Positions 43,889 through 51,679 of a DNA stretch of 64,000 nucleotides are shown in pieces. Under the pieces are notes generated by a model. That model was not told where the DNA came from. It made no database searches and saw nothing but the letters and a program-made list of their open reading frames with translations. This stretch comes from a virus. Position 1 is the first letter of the stretch; each line of letters opens with the position of its first letter. The stretch spans positions 1 to 64,000 of IMG/VR virus record IMGVR_UViG_3300045988_101454; one strand, 5' to 3'. The position numbers and the translations under genes are program-made.

Positions 43889-44494
43889 CTAATCTATTAA
43901 TTCAAAATCATAAACGAATACATAAGGGTTGCTCTCCCAAGTGCCTTTGCCAGAGATGCGGTCGATGAGGGATGCGTAGGCATCCTGCGGAGTGCGAAAC
44001 CAGGAATTGGCAAGACCGTGATACCAATAAGTCGTACCTTCAAGTCCTACGTCTCCAGCCATCCAGAGACCTTCCTTTAAGCAATCCTCGCTTTTTATGT
44101 CTTGCAAACGCTCAATACGAATATTGGTTATACGGATATGATGGGGCATATCTTCGGCACGAACAAACATTTTGTTATTCCAACCTATTTCCTCTTTGCG
44201 AGCCATACAGTTTGCCCAATCTACTTGAGGCGTAATGTCGGCATACGATTGCGCAATAGCTACGATCTCGTTCTTTTGATAGCGCATCACACTGCGATTG
44301 TAGATGAATCGCTCTCTTAAATCAGGATTTAATAAAAATCGAAAGTAAATAGTAAAGAGCGCCCCCAACGTATCGAACTTCTTGATGACTTTAAGCATCT
44401 CCTGGTTGGTGATAATTCGCCTTGTCTGCGTCTTTCGCTTTGCAAGCACGGCATCAGTCAGTCCGTACTTGTCGTTGAACATAATCTTTTGCAT
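43889..44494 (-). CDS. ASCH-domain-like protein
   Basis: AKRKTQTRR...IRITNIRIERLQDIKSEDCLKEG...NPYVFVYDFELI resembles the ASCH fold pattern. This is a by-eye call. Confidence 0.45.
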   Translation of the reverse strand: MQKIMFNDKYGLTDAVLAKRKTQTRRIITNQEMLKVIKKFDTLGALFTIYFRFLLNPDLRERFIYNRSVMRYQKNEIVAIAQSYADITPQVDWANCMARKEEIGWNNKMFVRAEDMPHHIRITNIRIERLQDIKSEDCLKEGLWMAGDVGLEGTTYWYHGLANSWFRTPQDAYASLIDRISGKGTWESNPYVFVYDFELID

Positions 44495-44542
44495 ACTCTA
44501 TATTTTCGTTAATAAGCCATTGGATTTTTAGCTTTTCCCTTT

Positions 44543-45619
44543 TCACTTCGCGTTGCGAATCTTCTCCGTTTCCTCATTCTCCTTCGAGATTCGCTCCAGA
44601 TGCTCCAATACAAGCGAATACGACTGATTGTTCACCTGGTCTTCGGTGAGCGAGGCGTATTTCTGCATAGTGGCGATGGTGGCGGTGTATATCTCAAGTG
44701 GGGTGGATGGTGGTTGCGTGCGGTCGATCTTCTGCACCTTGAACACATGAGGATAACGCCGTGAGAGGGTTTGCATCATGCCGGTCCACCAGAAGAGAAT
44801 GGGTTGCCACTGGTGGTCGGGGAAGTGGCGGAAGAGTGGAGCTTGGGTGTCGAACTGACGCACGTCGTAATGGAAATCATGTACCTTCAGGTTGGTGTTG
44901 GTGTCGATGAAGTCGATGCGACGGTTGAAGATTGTGGCAAGGAACATAGAGCGTGCCTGGTCTACGCTGTCGGCTTGCTGCGCTATCTGTTCGGCTGTGA
45001 ACTTGCCCATCTTCTTCATCTTGACAAGGTTGTTGTCGAGCGAGGTGTTTTGTCCCATGAGATCATGGGCAAAGCGAAACTGCTGCCATGAGAAGCCGTC
45101 CATATCCTGCGCAGGACCTTCAAACTCAATCTTGCGACGTAGCAGACCACGCTTGTTGCGAAGGCGAAGGGTGGGGTAGGGAAAGCGAGTGAGGTGAGCA
45201 CCACGCTCGTTGTCGAGCCAGTCGAGCAGTCCGGCACCAGAGGCAAGATACTCAGCCGAGTTACGGTCGTCGGTCTTCGGCTTTGGCGTTAGCCAGTAGT
45301 TGAGTTGCCATAGGTAGACGGGGAAAGTTTCGTCCTTCTGCTGCTTGCGGCGGAAGAAACGGTTGCGACGGATTGTGGTGGAGAGTCGGCAAGTGTAGTG
45401 TTGCTCTTCGAGAGGTTTCGAATCGTCTATGCCTTCCACTATCTCTATGCCCGACAGGACAAAGAAGCACGCTATCTTGACATTGCGCATGTCGAAGCGG
45501 TGATAACGGTCGGCTCGCTGTATCTGTTCAAGCATTATGCGAGAGACGAGCTCCAACTGCTCTGTGCTGCACTCGTTCCATGAGCGGGGCAGCGTAAGGT
45601 TGATTTTCTGTTGTGACAT
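44543..45619 (-). CDS. hypothetical protein (358 aa)
   Basis: The tracked ORF starts at 45775, but a TACATTTG -7 box lies inside that extension (45760-45767). The start was therefore moved to MSQQKINL at 45619. Confidence 0.55.
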   Translation of the reverse strand: MSQQKINLTLPRSWNECSTEQLELVSRIMLEQIQRADRYHRFDMRNVKIACFFVLSGIEIVEGIDDSKPLEEQHYTCRLSTTIRRNRFFRRKQQKDETFPVYLWQLNYWLTPKPKTDDRNSAEYLASGAGLLDWLDNERGAHLTRFPYPTLRLRNKRGLLRRKIEFEGPAQDMDGFSWQQFRFAHDLMGQNTSLDNNLVKMKKMGKFTAEQIAQQADSVDQARSMFLATIFNRRIDFIDTNTNLKVHDFHYDVRQFDTQAPLFRHFPDHQWQPILFWWTGMMQTLSRRYPHVFKVQKIDRTQPPSTPLEIYTATIATMQKYASLTEDQVNNQSYSLVLEHLERISKENEETEKIRNAK

Positions 45620-45778
45620 AATTTTCGGGTTTCTTTCATGAGCAAAGATAGACGTTTTTAATTTGCCGGAGCGGACATGGTAGGGGAGCGTATAAGGCGA
45701 AGATACAAATGAAGCCACTCTGCGATTTGTGTAATTGGCGCAAAGTGGCTTGAAAAAAACAAATGTAAAATTCAAAAT

Positions 45779-46282
45779 TTAGAGGGTGGCGTGTAGGGCA
45801 TTATAGTCCCATACCTTAGTGCAGTCGTCTTCGCATGGCTGCCAGTCGTCATCGCAGAAGTAGAAGGCATAGGCTGCCTTGATTATCTCCTCTTCGTTCA
45901 TCCAAGCGCAAAGGTCGGCATACATAGAATTGAAAGCGACGTATTTGTCCCATGCGTTGACGTTGGCGTGAAACTTCATGCCCTTAGTCAGCTCGTCTAC
46001 CTTGATACGAGTCCAATGTGCGCCGCCGTCGGTTGGCATACCCTCTTCATCGTACATGCCGCTATAGACAAGAGCATTCACATCGTGGTTGGCCATCTTC
46101 TCAGAATAGTGCCGTCCGTAGAGAACGGCGTGCTGACGGCGCAGGATGTGCCAATAGAGCTTAGGATCGGTCTGCTCCAGCGCAAGAAGGTCGGTAGAGA
46201 GAGTTTCTACTGCTGCCCACATCTTCTTCTCGGTAGCCATACCATTGGCACGAGCCTGTTCAATCATCTGTTTGTAATTCAT
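45779..46282 (-). CDS. hypothetical protein
   Basis: 167-aa ORF. Confidence 0.6.
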   Translation of the reverse strand: MNYKQMIEQARANGMATEKKMWAAVETLSTDLLALEQTDPKLYWHILRRQHAVLYGRHYSEKMANHDVNALVYSGMYDEEGMPTDGGAHWTRIKVDELTKGMKFHANVNAWDKYVAFNSMYADLCAWMNEEEIIKAAYAFYFCDDDWQPCEDDCTKVWDYNALHATL

Positions 46283-46414
46283 TTTATTTATACTTTATAT
46301 GTTTAACATGTAGGGCAAATGCCCCGAAAATGTGGGACAATCAGGCTTTTTTGCACAGAGACATGCAATATAGGAAAGAATGTCTGCGCCTCGGGCTTGC
46401 TTTCTGCCTTTGCC

Positions 46415-46714
46415 TCAGTGGTCGAGGCGGTCGGTGGTGTGTCTTTCTTTTTCATATAGCTTTGTGAATTTACGTTGAAGGATAAGCAACAACAACACAA
46501 ACCAGTTTGACAGATACGCCACCACAATAGCCGCCAGTGCCGATGCGTAGACATCGTGGCCGAGGTAGAGCAATGCCGACATTGTAACCCAAAAAGTGAA
46601 ACACTGAGGGCATGATGCCACCTTGTCAACAACATGGGCAATGGCTTCGGCCAGTCCGAGGTGTTGGGCGAGCGTGGCGGCTATCATGGTGGCTATAGCT
46701 ATCAGAACTATCAT
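46415..46714 (-). CDS. small membrane protein (3 TM)
   Basis: 99-aa hydrophobic ORF. Confidence 0.55.
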   Translation of the reverse strand: MIVLIAIATMIAATLAQHLGLAEAIAHVVDKVASCPQCFTFWVTMSALLYLGHDVYASALAAIVVAYLSNWFVLLLLILQRKFTKLYEKERHTTDRLDH

Positions 46715-46718
46715 GGCT

Positions 46719-47147
46719 TTATGTAGTTACAAGGGTGAGCGTTACGGGGCAGTCGGAAACGAAAGTCTTGGAACAGCTGCAACACGACATGCGTGCTATG
46801 CCGTTCTGGACGGTTCCCACTGCTATTGTTGCCGAATTGATGGCGGTGGCGCTGAACACAGGAATGGTGAAGTCTTGCGACACCACTTGTGAGCGTGTGC
46901 AGCACGAGCCGCAGTTGCAAGGGATGTAGTTTATTACGCCCTCGACATGAATGACGATGATATACTGTGAGGTGCCTACGTTGGCAATGCTCTTGACGGA
47001 GAACTTCGGAGCGAACACGGGTGTCTCGTCTACACAAGCCGGTGTGCAGAGCTGCTGTGTGATGTTGACATCATAATAGGGTGCGGCGGCGGTTGCACCT
47101 GCCGCAAGTGTGGCTATGATGATAGCCGGAATGGTACGTTTGTTCAT
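46719..47147 (-). CDS. secreted Cys-rich protein
   Basis: A signal-peptide-like N-terminus (MNKRTIPAIIIATLAAGATAAA) and clustered Cys residues (CNCGSCCTRS, MSCCSCSK). Confidence 0.55.
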   Translation of the reverse strand: MNKRTIPAIIIATLAAGATAAAPYYDVNITQQLCTPACVDETPVFAPKFSVKSIANVGTSQYIIVIHVEGVINYIPCNCGSCCTRSQVVSQDFTIPVFSATAINSATIAVGTVQNGIARMSCCSCSKTFVSDCPVTLTLVTT

Positions 47148-47205
47148 AATCGTTTCTGTTTTATTATAGCGACGATGCTTGCCGCCGCTGGTGTTGTTAC
47201 TCTGT

Positions 47206-47628
47206 TTAATGTTTTACATGATAGCCTTGCGTCTGCTCTACCGGAAGGTTCTTGTCAAGAAGATCGGCAAGCTCGTTGAGGTCTTCTTCTTCAAACGTCA
47301 CCATACCTTCGAGCACAGACAGCGGTCCGTTACCGCGCATCTTCTCCACTATGTCGTGTGCCATCTGCGGTATACTCTCTTCGGGTATCTGACCGAAATA
47401 TCGCGCAAGCATAGGTGCGACGAGCGAGTTGACGATGGGTTGGATAAGCGGCTCAATGTCTTTCTGTAGGGCATAGTTGCCACTGACAATGCCTAACGAG
47501 CTGATGGTGGCTTGCAGAGACTGAAGCATGGGTAGGCGCATGAGGTTGCCTGCGGCTATCTGCGAAATGGCGGGTCGTGCCCATTCGGACACGACTGCCG
47601 CCAAGATTTGTGAATTTTTGTATTCCAT
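47206..47628 (-). CDS. hypothetical protein
   Basis: 140-aa ORF. Confidence 0.55.
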   Translation of the reverse strand: MEYKNSQILAAVVSEWARPAISQIAAGNLMRLPMLQSLQATISSLGIVSGNYALQKDIEPLIQPIVNSLVAPMLARYFGQIPEESIPQMAHDIVEKMRGNGPLSVLEGMVTFEEEDLNELADLLDKNLPVEQTQGYHVKH

Positions 47629-47654
47629 ATATATAACAGGATTACATCATTCTC

Positions 47655-48191
47655 CTACTGATTGCATCCGCAACCGCAACCGGTCTGGCATACGTTGGTT
47701 GAAGGGATGAACAACTTGGTTACGCTCGACAACGATGCCACCTGCGACTTGAGCACGTCGATGCTGGCGTTAGCTGCCGCATTGTAAGCCATCTGCTGTG
47801 CGTTGACGGCTTGCTGCGCATCCTTGTTTGCATCCACTTTGTCTTCTACACGGCGCAACTTCGTGTCGAGATACTGTGTCACTTCAATAAGCTTCTTGTC
47901 GGTGTAGTTCTCGCTCTTCTGAATGGCGAGTTCGGTCTTCAGAGTGCTGTTCTCCTGGATAAGGTTAGTCTCACTCTTAGTTACGAAACGCGCGTCAGGG
48001 TCGGACGGATTGGCGGTCATACCGTTGTTTTTTCCCATTCCCATGAGCGACACGCCACCTCCAAGCAAGCTGGTGGCCAATCCTGCGATGCCGAGACCCA
48101 AGGCTGTGTTGCCAAGGCCTTTGCTGGCAACATCATAGTTGCCGTCGTTAGTTTTAATCTGCATAGTTTTTTTGTGTTTGGTTTCGTTCAT
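47655..48191 (-). CDS. membrane-anchored coiled-coil protein ending CQTGCGCGCNQ
   Basis: 178-aa ORF with a Gly-rich TM segment (ALGLGIAGLATSLLGGGVSLMGMG), a coiled coil and a terminal Cys-Gly repeat. Confidence 0.55.
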   Translation of the reverse strand: MNETKHKKTMQIKTNDGNYDVASKGLGNTALGLGIAGLATSLLGGGVSLMGMGKNNGMTANPSDPDARFVTKSETNLIQENSTLKTELAIQKSENYTDKKLIEVTQYLDTKLRRVEDKVDANKDAQQAVNAQQMAYNAAANASIDVLKSQVASLSSVTKLFIPSTNVCQTGCGCGCNQ

Positions 48192-48205
48192 TATTGAACT
48201 TATTG

Positions 48206-48213
48206 CAAAGGTA
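48206..48213 (-). promoter_or_regulatory. -7 promoter box (TACCTTTG)
   Basis: 14 nt upstream of the ATG at 48191, immediately downstream of the LysR terminator. Confidence 0.45.
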
Positions 48214-48296
48214 TGGGAGAAAGTGGTGGGAGCGAAGTGTTTCTTATTAAGTGTTCTTGAGGTGATATAACGTATAATTTCGACTAATACTTAAAT

Positions 48297-48325
48297 AAAA
48301 AAGCCTCACGCTGCTAACGTGAGGC
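48297..48325 (-). terminator. rho-independent terminator of the LysR gene
   Basis: An 8-bp stem GCCTCACG/CGTGAGGC, followed on the minus strand by T6. Confidence 0.75.
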
Positions 48326-48355
48326 TCGGTTCGGTATAAGAAAATCTAATGACTA

Positions 48356-49282
48356 TCAAGGTGGCGGTGTGAACTTCCCTTGCGACTCTTCGGCTACGGA
48401 AATGTATGGCACCACTTCGTCGCGAATGATGTCGAGGAAGATTTGTGCGGCTCGCTTCTTTGGTACGTCCTGCATACAGTGGGCGTTGCTCATCAACTGC
48501 TGTTCGAGTCCGACGATGGGACGCGCTACAAGGGTAGGGTGGTTGCGCAGGTAGAGCTTAGGCATGAAGGTTATATACTTGGTTTCTTCCACCGAAGCAA
48601 GAGCTTCGTCAGGGTCGCTGATGATGCACTTGATGTTGAGCTTATATAGGTCGCGCTGTATGTATTGCTGAAAAGTCTCAATGGCACGCTCGCCTACGTC
48701 GGGCATGATGATGGGGTGCTTCAGAATGTCCTCATACGACACCTTTGAGAGCGAGGCAAGCGGATGGGTGTCGCGCATGATAGCATACACATTAAAAGGT
48801 ATGCAGGGTCTCGACTCTATTCCTTCGTGGCGGTATGCCATATTCATAGTGAAAGCGAGGTCTAACATGTGCGCCCTTAGCGATTGATTAAGAAGGTATG
48901 CTTTGGTGAAGTCGGCATTGATACGCACGTTGGGGTATCTCTCTATGAATATCAATGCTGCCATACGGACGTACGGAGCAATAAACGAACCTACGCCTAT
49001 ACGCAATTCGCCGGTCATGCAGTTGTTGAGGGCGTTGATTTGCTCCTTACAGTCCTCGGTCTGCTTCAGTATTTCTTTGGCGCGAGGCAACAGGGCTTCG
49101 CCACTTTCGGTGAGCATAATGCCGTGTGATGTGCGGATAAGCAGTTTGCAGCCCAACTCGTCCTCCAGGGCACGAATGTGCTGGCTTACCGCCGACTGGG
49201 TGACGCAACAACGTGTGGCAGCCGTACTAAACGACTTTGTTTCGGCGACATAAACAAAGGAGCGTAAATGTCTTAGTTCCAT
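48356..49282 (-). CDS. LysR-family transcriptional regulator
   Basis: The N-terminal winged HTH MELRHLRSFVYVAETKSFSTAATRCCVTQSAVSQHIRALEDELGCKLLIRT is the canonical LysR signature. A ~200-aa substrate-binding-like domain follows. Confidence 0.9.
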   Translation of the reverse strand: MELRHLRSFVYVAETKSFSTAATRCCVTQSAVSQHIRALEDELGCKLLIRTSHGIMLTESGEALLPRAKEILKQTEDCKEQINALNNCMTGELRIGVGSFIAPYVRMAALIFIERYPNVRINADFTKAYLLNQSLRAHMLDLAFTMNMAYRHEGIESRPCIPFNVYAIMRDTHPLASLSKVSYEDILKHPIIMPDVGERAIETFQQYIQRDLYKLNIKCIISDPDEALASVEETKYITFMPKLYLRNHPTLVARPIVGLEQQLMSNAHCMQDVPKKRAAQIFLDIIRDEVVPYISVAEESQGKFTPPP

Positions 49283-49345
49283 AAACTCTATATTTTTAGT
49301 TATTCTACGTTTACAACAATGTAATTAAAAAGGCTTTTCTAATTA

Positions 49346-49353
49346 CAAAATTA
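49346..49353 (-). promoter_or_regulatory. -7 promoter box (TAATTTTG) of the LysR gene
   Basis: Matches TAnnTTTG and lies 63 nt upstream of the ATG at 49282. Confidence 0.45.
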
Positions 49354-49439
49354 ACAACAATTATTCCATTTAGTTTGCATTTGATATTAAAAACACTAAT
49401 TTTAGTATTATTTTGTCAGAATACTAATATGTATATAAT

Positions 49440-49490
49440 AAAAAATCCCTGCATCTATACCTTTTATATATAAAGGATAGATGCAGGGAT
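49440..49490 (-). terminator. rho-independent terminator after the capsid-module operon
   Basis: A 14-bp perfect stem ATCCCTGCATCTAT/ATAGATGCAGGGAT, followed on the minus strand by T6. Confidence 0.8.
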
Positions 49491-49649
49491 TTGTCGTATG
49501 ACAAAAAAATCTTTCTCGTATGAGCGATTATTTCTTGATCTTCTTTGCCGTTGTTCCTTCATCTTCGTCACTTGTGCTGAAGAAAGAAGAATCGGCATCG
49601 TCGAGCACTTCTTTTGCGATATTGTCCTCGCTCTGTGCGTCAATATCGC

Positions 49650-50213
49650 TTACTCTTTTTTTGAAGCGAGAAGCGAGTCCCAACCGCCAGTTTCAGGCTC
49701 TGCAATCTCATAGCGTCCGTATGCTGTGGGCTGGAGAGTTCCGCTACAAACAACGCTACGTTCATCGTCAGATTTTTTGCCCGTGTCGCCCTTAATGCCA
49801 CCGGAAGCGTACTCTACCTTATGCTGAGAATCGTACACGATGATGCTCTTTTCACCATCCTGGAAGATGTAGCCAAGGTCGAGGTTGTTCAGAGCACGCG
49901 CCACTTCTGCCGACTCTGCATTTACGCTTTCGAGTACATAGTCAATCTGCTGTTTATAACCGCCTCTTCTACCAAGTGACTCAAAAGAGTGTCCCTGGCT
50001 ACTCTCCTTACACTCGAATTTGTAAAGACCCTTACCAGTGTTGAACGACTCAGAGGTCAATGCAGGGTAGATGTTCTTTTCGGCCTTCAAGGGAGCTTTA
50101 AGGTCAGCCTTATTGAAGACGTAGACATTGACACCAAGACCGCCAAAATTCTCTAAGCATTCATTAGCTGCGAGGACGTCCTTAATCTCAGGACATATTG
50201 CTGTTACTGCCAT
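49650..50213 (-). CDS. virion structural protein candidate (tail-tube-like or head accessory), possible -1 frameshift extension to 49528
   Basis: 187-aa ORF directly after the capsid gene. It ends TCA AAA AAA GAG TAA, and the -1 frame stays open for 42 more codons. Confidence 0.6.
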   Translation of the reverse strand: MAVTAICPEIKDVLAANECLENFGGLGVNVYVFNKADLKAPLKAEKNIYPALTSESFNTGKGLYKFECKESSQGHSFESLGRRGGYKQQIDYVLESVNAESAEVARALNNLDLGYIFQDGEKSIIVYDSQHKVEYASGGIKGDTGKKSDDERSVVCSGTLQPTAYGRYEIAEPETGGWDSLLASKKE

Positions 50214-50331
50214 ATTCTTATTAGTTTTTGTGTTGTTGTTTGGAAAAGAAGGGCGACGGGTTAGCGTGTTCCGTTAGGTCAGCCACGACCGTCGCCCAGA
50301 AAATATAGAGTGAAAGAAACTCCGTTAAGGA

Positions 50332-51621
50332 TTAGCCGTTCTTCTTGAAGAAGGCTGTCAAGCCCATGTTCATACCGGAAGCGGTAAGCTGGATTGTCTT
50401 ATCGGTCTTGCCGTTGCTCCATGACACGAACTTGTAAGTTGTGCTGTCTTCAGCTACGAGAGAGATAATCTGGTTGGGAGTCGTCTCAATCGGAGTCTTG
50501 TATTCTACGCCGTCCACCTTAACCTTTGCGTCAATATTGCCTGTGTCTGAGTCAGAATGAGCAAGAGTAACAACGAGGTTAGAGTTGGTGTAGTCGCCCG
50601 ACTGGAAGTCTGTGCTCTGAAGGGGACCGTCTGTGACGGCAAACGAATGAGACAGGGTTGACGCTACCATTGCTCCCTGAATTGACTGACACTGGAAAAC
50701 AATGTCTCTCAAATCGTTGTCAGAGCCAAGATGCACTTCAACGAAAGTCTGGTTGCTCTCGGTGTCAACAGCATAAATAAGGTTGCCCTCTACTGAGAAG
50801 ATGATGCGGTCGCCAACACCCATGCCTTCAACAGGCGCGATGGTGAGCTTTGGCAGCTCGGGGATGATGTAGTTGCCACCATCCACAACGTCGAGCTTGT
50901 GTGTGCCGTATGACTGAAGAGCATAACCGTCAGCAATGTTGATGGCTGTCTCGGGAGTCATATAGGCGTAAACCTTCTGACGACGCAGACGTGGATCAAG
51001 GCTCATATAAGCATCACGGAAGTTCTTGTAAGCCGATGAGTCGGTAGCGTCGGCAGGAGCCGAGATTGCCTCACAGTGAATGAGGTTGTGGTTAGCCTCG
51101 CTGATGACGCCGTCCTCGATGTCGTGCTTGATGCAAGTGATGAAACCGTCGTAAAGGCCCATTGCCTTCTTCTCCTCCGATGCACCTGGCACGTCGTTGT
51201 CGATGTCACCCCACCAGAGGTTGTTATAAAGGTCGTCGGCGTGAGTCTTGATTACTGCTTCCACTGCCACCGTAGAGAGAGGATAGGCACCCTGCGCGTC
51301 TACGCCGAATACCGTCTCACAGTAGTGGTCGATATTGTCAGTGCCCTTAAACCAGGCGAGTTTAGCTGTCAAAACACGCTCCTTGAGGAATCCGATTGTG
51401 CCGTTCATGGTCGGGTTCATGTCCTTACGGCGAGTAGTGCCACCCTTGCGGACGAACACGTTCATTGTGCGCTTGTACTGGACTCCGCTAATAGTCTTGA
51501 TGCCGAGTCGCTTCATCTCCTCGGGATTAGCAAAAGCAGGACCCTGTACTACACTTGCGAATACTTGATTAGCCACTTCCTGAAGTGCGCTGATACCAAT
51601 AAAGTCTTTAGGTGTTGCCAT
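50332..51621 (-). CDS. major capsid protein candidate
   Basis: 429-aa ORF immediately downstream of the protease-scaffold gene. Assigned by position and size only. Confidence 0.55.
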   Translation of the reverse strand: MATPKDFIGISALQEVANQVFASVVQGPAFANPEEMKRLGIKTISGVQYKRTMNVFVRKGGTTRRKDMNPTMNGTIGFLKERVLTAKLAWFKGTDNIDHYCETVFGVDAQGAYPLSTVAVEAVIKTHADDLYNNLWWGDIDNDVPGASEEKKAMGLYDGFITCIKHDIEDGVISEANHNLIHCEAISAPADATDSSAYKNFRDAYMSLDPRLRRQKVYAYMTPETAINIADGYALQSYGTHKLDVVDGGNYIIPELPKLTIAPVEGMGVGDRIIFSVEGNLIYAVDTESNQTFVEVHLGSDNDLRDIVFQCQSIQGAMVASTLSHSFAVTDGPLQSTDFQSGDYTNSNLVVTLAHSDSDTGNIDAKVKVDGVEYKTPIETTPNQIISLVAEDSTTYKFVSWSNGKTDKTIQLTASGMNMGLTAFFKKNG

Positions 51622-51679
51622 AGTCTTGTTTAATTTTTGTGTTGGTTGTGTTTTGTAATTGTCTTGTGTTGTTGTGTTG

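Noticed and set aside
48356-49282. The LysR gene as evidence of a prophage-host junction or a chimeric contig
   Set aside because: Phage-type genes continue on both sides on the same strand, with the same promoter and terminator style. No integrase, att-like repeat or tRNA is nearby.
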